Assembly (NCBI GenBank): GCA_963978095.1 | Contig: CAXBQP010000033.1 | Location: forward strand, 1-35,993 | Source: an uncultured bacterium | Lineage (GTDB): Bacteria; Gemmatimonadota; Gemmatimonadetes; Gemmatimonadales; Gemmatimonadaceae | Length of the DNA stretch: 35,993 nucleotides | Direction of reading: 5' to 3' | Part shown: in pieces, positions 22,201 to 30,510 of the stretch | Layout: every line of letters begins with the position of its first letter | Position numbering within the stretch: the first letter of the stretch is position 1 | Program-made: the position numbers and the translations under genes | Notes under the pieces: model-generated | What the model saw: only the letters and a program-made list of their open reading frames with translations | What the model was told of the DNA's origin: nothing | Database searches by the model: none

Positions 22201-22529
22201 TCGAGGAGGAACCGCAGTCTCTGCCTCCGGTGGAGGTGATCGCGGCACCGCCCGCGCGCCGGTTTGACGCGGTGGGCGTCGCGCAGGATCTCGGCGTGGC
22301 CTCCGCGCCGACCGGCCTGGTGACGGCCATGGACGAAGGGCCATCGGAAGCGCGCGGGGAAGCGGCGGTGCGCCGAGATCCCGTGGTGGTCGGCGCGGGA
22401 CGTGGTGTGCGCTCGCTCACCCCGGGCGGGGGGGCGCCAATGGCGGATTGGGAGAATGTGGGCCGCAACGATCCCTGCCCGTGCGGCAGTGGCAAGAAGT
22501 TCAAGAAGTGCCACGGGGTGAACGCATAG
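19269..22529 (+). CDS. secA: Preprotein translocase ATPase SecA (long form)
   Basis: SD AAGGAG. MATGEGKT, DEVDSVLIDEARTPLIISG, GRRWSEGLHQA, ATNMAGRGTDI, RRIDRQLRGRSGRQGDPG, SEC-C motif NDPCPCGSGKKFKKCHG. Confidence 0.99.
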   Translation: MLKKLLGSVFGTRHERERKRVQPIVDEIAEIGERLKTLTDAEVQGQTAKFRGILAERSAELAARIAALKEQKKLAGDAAERERLDNELSGLDGAGGVEKEYRDAIAETLDDILPEAFATVREAARRLVGSSVSVTGQALTWDMVHYDVQMIGGIQLHLGRIAEMATGEGKTLVATLPLYLNALPGRGAHLVTVNSYLARRDSQWMGHLYNWLGLSVGCIDDTEPGTMARRAAYECDITYGTNNEFGFDYLRDNMVVALEQRVQRPHVFAIVDEVDSVLIDEARTPLIISGPVGNESDLEYAQHNAAVARLVRKQTELANDLVAQGEKAFSAGDMDTAGMALYKAQLGSPKNKRLMKALQENGVKALVQKTELEVMADRKLSAVKQSFRDLEEDLLYVLDEKGHSVHLTDRGVEFMSPADHDAFVLPDIAGEIGRLEKDPELDPAAKLTGRQAIEREYAAKSERLNIVHQLLKAHALYEKDVNYVVQDGQVLIVDEFTGRTMPGRRWSEGLHQAVEAKEMVQVKGETQTLATITIQNYFRMYEKLSGMTGTAETEEQEFFQIYGLEVSVIPTNRPAVRDDRQDLVYKTRREKYNAIVEETKRLHGLSFPVLVGTTSVEASETLARLFQRAGIPHNVLNAKYHQREAEIVALAGQPGAVTIATNMAGRGTDIKLGGDVRVAKPSVVKDPDGKDIDVDECGGLHIVGSERHESRRIDRQLRGRSGRQGDPGATQFFLSLEDDLMRLFGSDRIARLMDRMGAQEGEVLTHALITRSIEQAQKRVELQNFQSRKRLLEYDDVMNQQREVIYSLRSFALESGEELRGEALKMVEQAVSRRIETTLADVSDPLEWDVELLRQDLLMHYLLTVPCFEESGSRPATVADAKAEGAIAGERAFHAKIESLGEYALQLLSLVMLNVLDEKWKDHLYDLDQLRNAIHYRSWGQKDPLLEYKQEAYTMFVDLMQDVHHTFAERFLRVQLMFEEEPQSLPPVEVIAAPPARRFDAVGVAQDLGVASAPTGLVTAMDEGPSEARGEAAVRRDPVVVGAGRGVRSLTPGGGAPMADWENVGRNDPCPCGSGKKFKKCHGVNA

Positions 22530-22592
22530 GATCGATGCACAGCAGGCTCGATTGATGTCGGAGGGTGGCCGCTCGCGATCTACGTTCGCGAG

Positions 22593-23288
22593 ATGCCACC
22601 CTCCTCTGCATTTCACATCCGAGAGTTGCCGCGGACCGAGCGTCCCCGGGAACGTCTCAAGTCGCTCGGCGCGCACGCGCTGAGCTCGGCGGAGCTGCTC
22701 GCCATCCTGATCGGGACCGGGACGGCCGGACGGTCCGCCCTCGCGCTGGCGCACGACGCCTTGGCCACCACGGACGGGTCCCTGCGGCGGCTCGCCACCC
22801 AGCCCGTGGCCGGACTCACGACGGTGGCGGGGCTCGGCGCGGCGCGCGCGATCGCGATCCACGCCGCGCTCGAACTGGGACGGCGTCTTGCGGCCGAACG
22901 ACGGGATGATGGGGCACCGCTCCGCTCCCCTCGGGATGTCTGGGCCGCGTTCGCGCCGCGCCTGGAGGACTTGCCGGTGGAGGAGTTCCACGTGGCCGTC
23001 CTGGACGCCCAGCACCGCCTGGAGCGCGACATCACGATCACCAGAGGGATCCTGAACTCGTCACTCGTGCACCCTCGGGAGGTATTTCGGGAAGCGATCG
23101 CCGAACGCGCGGCCGCCATCGTCCTGGTGCACAACCACCCGAGCGGAGACCCGAGTCCGAGTCCTGATGACCGGCTGATCACGACGCAGCTCGTGCAGGC
23201 GGGGCGGGTATTGGACATCCCGGTGGCGGACCACGTCGTCATCGGCCGTGGACGCTATCTGTCGTTCGCCGAGTCGGGGCTGCTGTGA
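22593..23288 (+). CDS. radC: RadC family protein (HhH + JAB domain)
   Basis: ERPRERL..LG..ALS.AELLAIL, VHPREVF, HNHPSGDPSPSPDD, DHVVIG. Confidence 0.95.
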   Translation: MPPSSAFHIRELPRTERPRERLKSLGAHALSSAELLAILIGTGTAGRSALALAHDALATTDGSLRRLATQPVAGLTTVAGLGAARAIAIHAALELGRRLAAERRDDGAPLRSPRDVWAAFAPRLEDLPVEEFHVAVLDAQHRLERDITITRGILNSSLVHPREVFREAIAERAAAIVLVHNHPSGDPSPSPDDRLITTQLVQAGRVLDIPVADHVVIGRGRYLSFAESGLL

Positions 23289-23296
23289 GTACCCTA

Positions 23297-23326
23297 TTGA
23301 CTTCGACGTCGGTATCGGGCGATATA
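23297..23326 (+). promoter_or_regulatory. Putative promoter for rel
   Basis: TTGACT (23297-23302), 18 bp, GATATA (23321-23326), in the radC-rel gap. Confidence 0.45.
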
Positions 23327-23352
23327 GCGTGTGGCCCCCTGCGGGCCACCTT

Positions 23353-25530
23353 ATGGCCACTTCCGTTCTCGCTGAGATCATTCCGGGTTGGGATCTCGAC
23401 GGTGAGGCGCACACCGAGCGTCTCGACGTCGACCTGCTCGCGCGCGCCTACCGATTCAGCGAGGTGCGCCATGCGGGGCAGGTGCGTCGCAACGGCGATC
23501 CGTATGTCACGCACTGCGTCGAAGTCGCCAAGATCCTCGCCGAGTTGCAGCTCGATTCCGTCACCGTGGCCAGCGGCCTCATTCACGATGTGGTGGAGGA
23601 CACCACGGCGTCGATCGAGGATGTCGAGCGGGAATTCGGCCGCGAGATCGCACAGATCGTCGACGGGCTGACGAAGATCGGACATCTGCCGCTGACGAGT
23701 TCGCAGGAGCGGCAGGTCGACAACTATCGCAAGCTATTGCTCTCGGTCGCCAAGGATGCGCGCGTGATCCTCATCAAGCTGGCCGACCGCCTGCACAACA
23801 TGCGGACGCTCGAGTTCATGCCGGAGGGCAAGCGCGTGCGGATCGCACAGGAGACGCGCGACTTGTACGCGCCGCTGGCGCATCGCTTCGGGCTCGCCAA
23901 GATGAAGGCGGAACTCGAGGATCTGGCGTTCAAGTTCCTGGAGCCGGAGGAATACCGCGCGCTCGCCAAGCTGATCGTGCAGAAGCGCCGGGACCGCGAG
24001 GCCGCCGTGGAGGAGATGACTGCTCCGTTGCGCGCGACGCTCGAGCAGGCCGGCGTGGTGGTCTATGAGGTCAGCGGACGTCCCAAGCACCTCTGGTCCA
24101 TCTACAAGAAGATGGCCAAGCGCGACAAGTCGTATGAGGAGATCTACGACCTGCTCGCGATCCGGGTGCTGGTCAAGAACGTCCAGGAATGCTATCACGC
24201 GCTTGGCGTGACCCACGGGCACTGGACTCCGTTGCAGGAGCGGATCAAGGATTACATCGCGAGCCCGAAGAGCAACGGCTACCAGTCATTGCATACGACG
24301 ATCTTCGGACCGAACAAGACGCTGTTCGAGATCCAGATCCGTACGCGCGAGATGCATCGAACGGCCGAGTTCGGCATCGCCGCGCACTGGGCGTACAAGG
24401 GGGATGCGAAGGGCGACGACATCGATCGCGCGTTGCATTGGTTCCGTCAGGTGCTTGAGCTGCAACTCGATGCCGAGACGCCGGACCAGTTCCTGGAGTT
24501 CCTGAAGCTCGACTTGTACCAGGATGAGATCTTCGTCTTCACCCCGACCGGCGACGTGATCCAGTTGCCGCGCGGTGCGACGCCGATCGACTTCGCGTTC
24601 GCCGTGCATACCGAAGTCGGGCTCCATGCGCAGGGCGCGAAGGTCAACGGACGCATCGTCCCCTTGGCGCGCGAGTTGAAGAACTCCGAGACCGTCGAGA
24701 TCATCCGGTCCGCGAACGCGCGCCCCAGTCGGGACTGGCTCGCGCATGTGCGCACGGGCCGGGCGCGGCACCGGATCCGGCAGTGGTTGCGCGGGGAGGA
24801 GCAGTCCACCTCGATTCGGATCGGCAGCGAGATCCTGGAGCGTGAGCTCAAGCGGCGTCGCCATCCCAAGCTGAGCGATGAGCAACTCCGGGAGGCCGCG
24901 GAGACGCTGAGGCTCACCGATGTCGAGCACCTGCATGCCTCGATCGGGCAGGGCGATGTGAATGTCACCCAGGTCTTGCGGGCGATCTATCCCGACTTCG
25001 ATGCGCGTGACGATGCGGCACTGAAGGCGAGTCCGTTGGAGCGGTTCATCGACCGCATGAAGCGGTCCGAGACCTCCAAGGGGATCCGCATTTCCGGTGT
25101 GGACGGGCTGATGGTCCGGTATGCGCAGTGTTGCCAGCCCGTCCCGGGCGACAAGGTCGTCGGCTATGTGACCCGCGGGCGCGGCGTGAGCATCCATCGC
25201 GGCGATTGTCCGAATCTGCTGTTCCTGGCACACGAGCCCGAGCGGCGCCTGGACATCGACTGGCAGGAGAGCGCCGGCGAGCGGTTCACCATCCGCTTGT
25301 CGATCGAGGCGAGCGACCGTCGCGGCCTCTACGCCGATCTTGCGCAGGCGGTCAGCGAGACCGGGACGGACATCCGCTCGCTGGAGCTGAAGTCCGTGGA
25401 CGGCCGGGTGATCGGTGCGGCGCTCGTGGAGGTCGAGAACCTCCAGCACCTGGACAAAATTGTGAAGGCTGTCCGACGGGTGAAGGGGGTCAGCGAAGTG
25501 GTGCGGCGGGATCGCCTGACGTCCGAGTGA
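23353..25530 (+). CDS. rel: Bifunctional (p)ppGpp synthetase/hydrolase, long RSH (HD-SYNTH-TGS-CC-ACT)
   Basis: H..Q.R..GDPY.TH, intact IHDVVEDT, IKLADRLHNMRTL, GRPKH, YQSLHT, EIQIRT, FTPTG..LP.GATPIDFAF, CCQPVPGD, C-terminal ACT. Start at ATG 23353 is inferred. Confidence 0.96.
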   Translation: MATSVLAEIIPGWDLDGEAHTERLDVDLLARAYRFSEVRHAGQVRRNGDPYVTHCVEVAKILAELQLDSVTVASGLIHDVVEDTTASIEDVEREFGREIAQIVDGLTKIGHLPLTSSQERQVDNYRKLLLSVAKDARVILIKLADRLHNMRTLEFMPEGKRVRIAQETRDLYAPLAHRFGLAKMKAELEDLAFKFLEPEEYRALAKLIVQKRRDREAAVEEMTAPLRATLEQAGVVVYEVSGRPKHLWSIYKKMAKRDKSYEEIYDLLAIRVLVKNVQECYHALGVTHGHWTPLQERIKDYIASPKSNGYQSLHTTIFGPNKTLFEIQIRTREMHRTAEFGIAAHWAYKGDAKGDDIDRALHWFRQVLELQLDAETPDQFLEFLKLDLYQDEIFVFTPTGDVIQLPRGATPIDFAFAVHTEVGLHAQGAKVNGRIVPLARELKNSETVEIIRSANARPSRDWLAHVRTGRARHRIRQWLRGEEQSTSIRIGSEILERELKRRRHPKLSDEQLREAAETLRLTDVEHLHASIGQGDVNVTQVLRAIYPDFDARDDAALKASPLERFIDRMKRSETSKGIRISGVDGLMVRYAQCCQPVPGDKVVGYVTRGRGVSIHRGDCPNLLFLAHEPERRLDIDWQESAGERFTIRLSIEASDRRGLYADLAQAVSETGTDIRSLELKSVDGRVIGAALVEVENLQHLDKIVKAVRRVKGVSEVVRRDRLTSE

Positions 25531-25573
25531 GCCGGCAGGAGCGGTCGGGGCGGATTATCGCTATGTTCCACGC

Positions 25574-26017
25574 ATGACTCCCACACTGATTCTCATCCAC
25601 AGCCTGCTGCGCTGGGCGGTACTCATCGTGATGATCACGGTGACCGCCACGATGGCCTTCCGATACGCCAAGGCGGCAACGTGGACCTCCACCGACCGTG
25701 CCGCCGCGCTCGCCTTCACGATCCTCCTCGACACGCAGCTCCTGGTCGGCTTCGTCCTGTACGGTGTGAGCCCGATCACCCGCGGGGCGATGAAAGACAT
25801 GGCAACGGCCATGCACGAGCCCTCGGTCCGGTTCTTCGTCGTTGAGCATCCGACCATCATGGTGCTCTCGGTGCTGTTCGCGCATCTGGGGAGCGTCTTT
25901 GCCAAGAAGGCGCCCACCGATCGCGTGAAGTTCGGTCGCGCGACCGCCTTCTTTGCCCTGTCGACGGCGCTGATGCTGTGGGGGATCCCCTGGTTCCGGT
26001 TGACCGCCGCCCAGTGA
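25574..26017 (+). CDS. Hypothetical 4-TM membrane protein
   Basis: Four hydrophobic segments. Motifs HSLLRW, DTQLLVG, EHPTIM, AHLG, IPW. Confidence 0.8.
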   Translation: MTPTLILIHSLLRWAVLIVMITVTATMAFRYAKAATWTSTDRAAALAFTILLDTQLLVGFVLYGVSPITRGAMKDMATAMHEPSVRFFVVEHPTIMVLSVLFAHLGSVFAKKAPTDRVKFGRATAFFALSTALMLWGIPWFRLTAAQ

Positions 26018-26055
26018 GCTCCCCGAACAAAAGCCGATAGATTAGCTTTCCGGGC

Positions 26056-28122
26056 ATGTCCCAGGCCCAGTTCGACCTCCAAGCGCCCTTCCAGCCCGCC
26101 GGCGACCAGCCGCGAGCGATCGCCGAGCTGGACGCCGGCTTGGCACGAGGCGACCGCTTTCAGGCGCTGCTGGGCGTGACCGGTTCCGGGAAGACGATGA
26201 CGGTGGCGAACGTCATTCAGCACTGGGGCCGGCCGACGTTGGTCCTTTCGCACAACAAGACGCTCGCCGCACAACTGTACGGCGAGCTCAAGTCGTTCTT
26301 TCCGAACAACGCGGTCGAGTACTTCATCTCGTACTACGACTACTACCAGCCGGAAGCCTACGTCCCCTCGAGCGACACCTACATCGAGAAGGACGCGAGC
26401 ATCAACGACGACATCGACCGCCTGCGCTTGCGCGCCACCTCCTCGCTGATGGAACGCGAGGACGTGATCATCGTGGCGACGGTCTCGGCCATCTACGGAC
26501 TCGGCGACCCGGTCACGTATCGAGAGACGATGGTGATGCTGCATGTCGGGCAGAAGATCGCCCGCGACGACATCCTGCGGTCGCTCGTGAAGATCCAGTA
26601 TGCGCGCAACGACGTGGCGTTCGAGCGCGGTACGTTCCGCGTCCGCGGTGACACCGTCGAGATCTTCCCCGCCTACGAGGAGCAGGCGGTGCGCCTCGAG
26701 CTGTGGGGGGATGAGATCGAGAAGATCTCGAAGGTGAACCCGCTGACCGGCGAGACGATCGCGGTCCTGCAGAAGTCGGCCGTGTATCCGGCCAAGCATT
26801 TCGTCACGACGCGGCCGACCCTCGAACGCGCCATCCGGCTGATTCGCGACGAGCTCGCCGATCGGCTGAAGGACCTGCGTGCGGCGAACAAGCTCCTCGA
26901 AGCGCAGCGGCTCGAATCGCGCACCAATTTCGACATCGAGATGATGCTCGAGATCGGGACCTGCCCCGGCATCGAGAACTACTCCCGGCATCTGTCGGGG
27001 CGCGAGGCGGGGGACCGGCCGGCCGTGCTATTCGACTACTTCCCGGATGATTTCCTGGTGGTCGTCGACGAGTCACACGTGTCGTTGCCGCAGATCGGCG
27101 GCATGTTCAACGGGGACCGGGCGCGCAAGAACACCCTGGTCGAGTACGGCTTTCGCCTCCCGAGCGCGCTGGACAATCGTCCGCTGATGTTCGACGAGTT
27201 CCTGGCGCTGACACCGCGCGCGATCCTCGTGTCGGCAACGCCGGGGGACATCGAGCTCAAGCTGTCGCAGGGCGTCGTCGTCGAACAGATCATCCGGCCG
27301 ACGGGACTCGTGGACCCCGAGATTGAGATCCGCCCGGTGCGCGGACAGGTGGATGACCTGTTGAACGAGATCCGGATCCGCGAGCGGAAGGGGGAGCGCG
27401 TGCTCGTCACGACGCTGACCAAGCGGATGTCCGAGGACCTCGCGGACTACCTCCAGCAGGTGAAGGTCCGGGTCCGGTACATGCACTCGGACATCGATGC
27501 CATCGAACGGATGGAGATCGTGCGCGGGCTTCGGCTGGGCGAGTTCGATGTCCTCATCGGCATCAATCTGCTGCGGGAAGGGCTGGACATGCCGGAAGTG
27601 TCGCTGGTGGCGATCCTCGACGCGGACCAGGAAGGGTTCTTGCGCAGCGACCGCTCGCTGATCCAGACCATCGGCCGTGCCGCCCGCCACGTGAATGGCC
27701 GCGCCATCTTTTACGCGGACAAGATCACCGGTTCGATGCGGCGCGCGATGGACGAGACGAATCGGCGACGCGTGATTCAGACGGCGTACAACGTGGAGCA
27801 CGGGATCACGCCGACCGGCGTCCAGAAGAGCATCGAGGAGGTGCGGTTGATCACGCGCGTGGCCGATTCGCGGGACGAACGCGAGGCGCGAGACGATGAC
27901 CGGAACTCGAGGCGGCGCGAGAAGAAAGTGGCCGAAGCGGCGTCCCATTACGGGACCGATGATCTGCCGGCGCTCGTCGCGCGTCTCGAGCAGGAGATGC
28001 GGGACGCGGCCAAGAATCTCGATTTCGAGACGGCCGCAAGGCTCCGCGATGAGCTGTTCGACATTCGCGCGCGCATGGATGGCACGCGACACGAGCCGCG
28101 CCGTGGTCATGGCAAGCGTTGA
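26056..28122 (+). CDS. uvrB: Excinuclease ABC subunit B
   Basis: [62 protein letters not shown]-terminal UVR domain ([11 protein letters not shown]). Confidence 0.99.
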   Translation: MSQAQFDLQAPFQPAGDQPRAIAELDAGLARGDRFQALLGVTGSGKTMTVANVIQHWGRPTLVLSHNKTLAAQLYGELKSFFPNNAVEYFISYYDYYQPEAYVPSSDTYIEKDASINDDIDRLRLRATSSLMEREDVIIVATVSAIYGLGDPVTYRETMVMLHVGQKIARDDILRSLVKIQYARNDVAFERGTFRVRGDTVEIFPAYEEQAVRLELWGDEIEKISKVNPLTGETIAVLQKSAVYPAKHFVTTRPTLERAIRLIRDELADRLKDLRAANKLLEAQRLESRTNFDIEMMLEIGTCPGIENYSRHLSGREAGDRPAVLFDYFPDDFLVVVDESHVSLPQIGGMFNGDRARKNTLVEYGFRLPSALDNRPLMFDEFLALTPRAILVSATPGDIELKLSQGVVVEQIIRPTGLVDPEIEIRPVRGQVDDLLNEIRIRERKGERVLVTTLTKRMSEDLADYLQQVKVRVRYMHSDIDAIERMEIVRGLRLGEFDVLIGINLLREGLDMPEVSLVAILDADQEGFLRSDRSLIQTIGRAARHVNGRAIFYADKITGSMRRAMDETNRRRVIQTAYNVEHGITPTGVQKSIEEVRLITRVADSRDEREARDDDRNSRRREKKVAEAASHYGTDDLPALVARLEQEMRDAAKNLDFETAARLRDELFDIRARMDGTRHEPRRGHGKR

Positions 28123-28522
28123 CCTGGCGCTCGACGCGCTGGTGCAGTGGGGGGAGCAGTGCGGGGCATCGCTGGACGCGCCGGTGCTCCTCACGTTCTC
28201 CGGCGATCTGGGAGCGGGGAAGACGACGCTCGTACAGGCCATCTGCCGTGGCTTCGGGGTCCTTGAACCGGTCACGAGCCCAACGTTCGCGTTGGTGCAC
28301 CAGTACGCCTCGCCACGTGCGCCGGTCTACCATCTCGACCTGTATCGGCTGAAAGGTCCGCCGGACCTCGCGAACCTCGGCTGGGACGACATCCTGGGGG
28401 ATCGCGCCGTGGTGCTGATCGAGTGGCCGGACCGCGCGGAGGGTTGCTTGCCTCCGGACGCACGCGCGGTGCACCTTGCGCACGTGCCGGGGCATCCTGA
28501 GTTACGGCGGCTGACCACATGA
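28109..28522 (+). CDS. tsaE: tRNA t6A biosynthesis ATPase TsaE
   Basis: [34 protein letters not shown] 28109 overlaps the end of uvrB. Confidence 0.95.
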   Translation: MASVDLALDALVQWGEQCGASLDAPVLLTFSGDLGAGKTTLVQAICRGFGVLEPVTSPTFALVHQYASPRAPVYHLDLYRLKGPPDLANLGWDDILGDRAVVLIEWPDRAEGCLPPDARAVHLAHVPGHPELRRLTT

Positions 28523-29220
28523 CCCTCCCGATCACGCTGGCGGTCGACGCCTCGACGTATGTCGGAACGGTGGCGGTCTGGCGCGGGAACGCGCGCGTGG
28601 CCGAGGGGGAGGCGCTGATGCGCGGCGTCGACGAGGAACGGCTGATGCCCGCCGTGATCGCAACACTGGCCGAGGGCGGCGCGCTGTTGCGCGATGTCGC
28701 GCGCGTGGTCTGCGGCGACGGTCCCGGGAGCTTCACCTCATTGCGCATCGCCGCGGCGATCGCCAAAGGGATCGTCACCGGGACGCAGGGGCGCGCGACG
28801 CTGCATGCCGTGCCGTCGCTCGCACTCATGGTCGGAGCTCGCGTCGATGGACTGGTGCCGGGGACCTACCTCGCGCTCCTCGATGCCATGCGTGGTGAGC
28901 GGTACGCTCAGCGGATCCGTGTGACGGCAGCCGGGCGCGTGGTGCTTGAGGATCCGCTCGACCGTATTGCCGTGCGCGATGTTCCCGGGGTCTGTGAACG
29001 CCTCGGTGCCACGGCAATCGGCCCCGATGAACTGCTCGACGCGCGGCCCCACGCCCGCGGCGCACTGGTGGTCGCTGGTGCCTGGGACGCCCTGCCGTCG
29101 CTGGCGCTGGATGCATGGGAGCCGACGTACGGTCGGCTTGCCGAGGCGCAGGTCAAGTGGGAGGCCGCGCATGGCCGGGCGCTGCCCGCGTCTCCCGCGG
29201 TGGCCGAGGACAGGGCGTGA
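28519..29220 (+). CDS. tsaB: tRNA t6A biosynthesis protein TsaB
   Basis: LAVDAST, GPGSFTSLRI, LDAMRGERY, EPTY.R. Confidence 0.92.
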   Translation: MTLPITLAVDASTYVGTVAVWRGNARVAEGEALMRGVDEERLMPAVIATLAEGGALLRDVARVVCGDGPGSFTSLRIAAAIAKGIVTGTQGRATLHAVPSLALMVGARVDGLVPGTYLALLDAMRGERYAQRIRVTAAGRVVLEDPLDRIAVRDVPGVCERLGATAIGPDELLDARPHARGALVVAGAWDALPSLALDAWEPTYGRLAEAQVKWEAAHGRALPASPAVAEDRA

Positions 29221-29720
29221 GGGAGGCCGAGTCGCGGGACGCGGTCCGTGTGCGCGATGCCACGATCGCGGATCTCCCCGTGGTGATGGTGATCGAGAAC
29301 GACAGTTTCAGCGATCCGTGGAGCGAGCAAGCCTACCGCGAGACGCTCGAGGCTGATCAGGCGACGATGCACGTGGCCATCAACGTGACGGGTGATGTCG
29401 TGGGGCACGCCGTGACCTACTTCGCGGCGGACGAGGCCGAGCTCGCGACGATCGCCGTCGCCGCCAACGCGCGGAGAACCGGTGTGGGACGCGCGCTGCT
29501 GAATGCCGCCTTGCTGGTCTGCCGGAGGCGCGGAAGCCGGAAGCTGTTCCTGGAGGTTCGGGAGTCGAATGCAGCCGCGCGCGCCATGTACGGGGCCGCT
29601 GGTTTTCAGCCCGTGGGGCGTCGTCGGGCGTATTACACTCTCCCCACGGAGGACGCCGTCCTGATGCGCTTGGAGATCGGGGCAGCCGGTCCCTCAACTG
29701 ACGACCGTGCGGGTTCTTGA
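29217..29720 (+). CDS. rimI: Ribosomal-protein-alanine N-acetyltransferase
   Basis: IE..SF.DPWS, IAV....RR.GVG, LFLEVRESN, GF..VGRRRAYY..P.EDAVLM. GTGA overlap with tsaB. Confidence 0.92.
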   Translation: MREAESRDAVRVRDATIADLPVVMVIENDSFSDPWSEQAYRETLEADQATMHVAINVTGDVVGHAVTYFAADEAELATIAVAANARRTGVGRALLNAALLVCRRRGSRKLFLEVRESNAAARAMYGAAGFQPVGRRRAYYTLPTEDAVLMRLEIGAAGPSTDDRAGS

Positions 29721-29736
29721 TGTCGGCCGCAACGGA

Positions 29737-29765
29737 TTGGTGACGCAGTGTCGGGACGCTAGATT
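29737..29765 (+). promoter_or_regulatory. Putative promoter for ssb
   Basis: TTGGTG (29737-29742), 17 bp, TAGATT (29760-29765). Strong SD AGGAGGA before GTG 29802. Confidence 0.4.
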
Positions 29766-29801
29766 CATATTCGCCGTGTATCCATTCGCCAGGAGGAGGA
29801 C

Positions 29802-30290
29802 GTGAGTCGCAGCTTGAACAAGGTGACGCTGATCGGGAATCTCGGGAACGACCCGGAAATTCGGACGACCAGCGGCGGGAACAAGGTGGCGACCTTCTCG
29901 ATCGCCACCAGCCGTCAGTGGAGCTCGGCGTCGGGTGAGAAGCAGGAGAAGACGGAGTGGCACAAGTGCGTCGCGTGGAATGTCGGCACGCGAGGCACCG
30001 GACTTGCCGATGTCGTCGAGAAGTACGTCAAGAAGGGGGACAAGCTCTACGTCGAGGGGCGGATTGAGTACCGTCAGTACGAAGACAAGGACAAGCAGAC
30101 GCGCTACGTGACGGAGATCAACGTCCGCGAGATTCTGCTGCTCGGTGGCGGCAAGGCGGGCGGTGGGGATTATGACGGACCGCCGGCGCGCCGGGCGACG
30201 GGTGGCTCGCCGGCGAAGTCGGCGCCATCTGGCGGTGATTTCACGGAGTTCCCGGGGGCGCTTGAGCAGGACGACGATCTGCCGTTCTAG
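29802..30290 (+). CDS. ssb: Single-stranded DNA-binding protein
   Basis: LNKVTLIGNLGNDPE, TEWH, KG.KLYVEGR, Gly-rich linker, acidic tail DDDLPF. Confidence 0.98.
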   Translation: MSRSLNKVTLIGNLGNDPEIRTTSGGNKVATFSIATSRQWSSASGEKQEKTEWHKCVAWNVGTRGTGLADVVEKYVKKGDKLYVEGRIEYRQYEDKDKQTRYVTEINVREILLLGGGKAGGGDYDGPPARRATGGSPAKSAPSGGDFTEFPGALEQDDDLPF

Positions 30291-30510
30291 CACGATAGTT
30301 TTCAGCGATGCGGTATCGGGGCGCTCATTCCTTTCTTGGTGGGCGCCCTGTGTCGTAATTGGTTGGAACCGCGGCGTCCGCCACTCGGACGCGGGCGGGT
30401 TTCCGGGTCGGCCGCCGGTATCCCCGGGGGGGAGGCGCTCGTCCTAATCATGAGTCGCGCCCCGCACTTCCGCGGTGGCGCGCGATGGCCCACGGCCGGA
30501 AATGGCGACT

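Noticed and set aside
19149..23015. 1288-aa minus-strand ORF, and many other long antisense ORFs (e.g. 13886-15307, 25561-26991, 32677-34152)
   Set aside because: They lie opposite well-conserved genes, have Arg/His/Pro-rich composition and no motifs; these are expected shadow ORFs in high-GC coding DNA.
22593..23288. radC as a marker of a mobile element or defence island
   Set aside because: It is the full-length chromosomal HhH+JAB form among core genes, with no integrase, att site or cargo nearby.
26024..26037. Possible LexA (GAAC-N4-GTTC) boxes before uvrB, radC and ssb
   Set aside because: Only half-sites match (e.g. CGAAC-AAAA-GCCG), and the similar stretches at radC and ssb coincide with -10 boxes. 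A genome-wide motif search would be needed.
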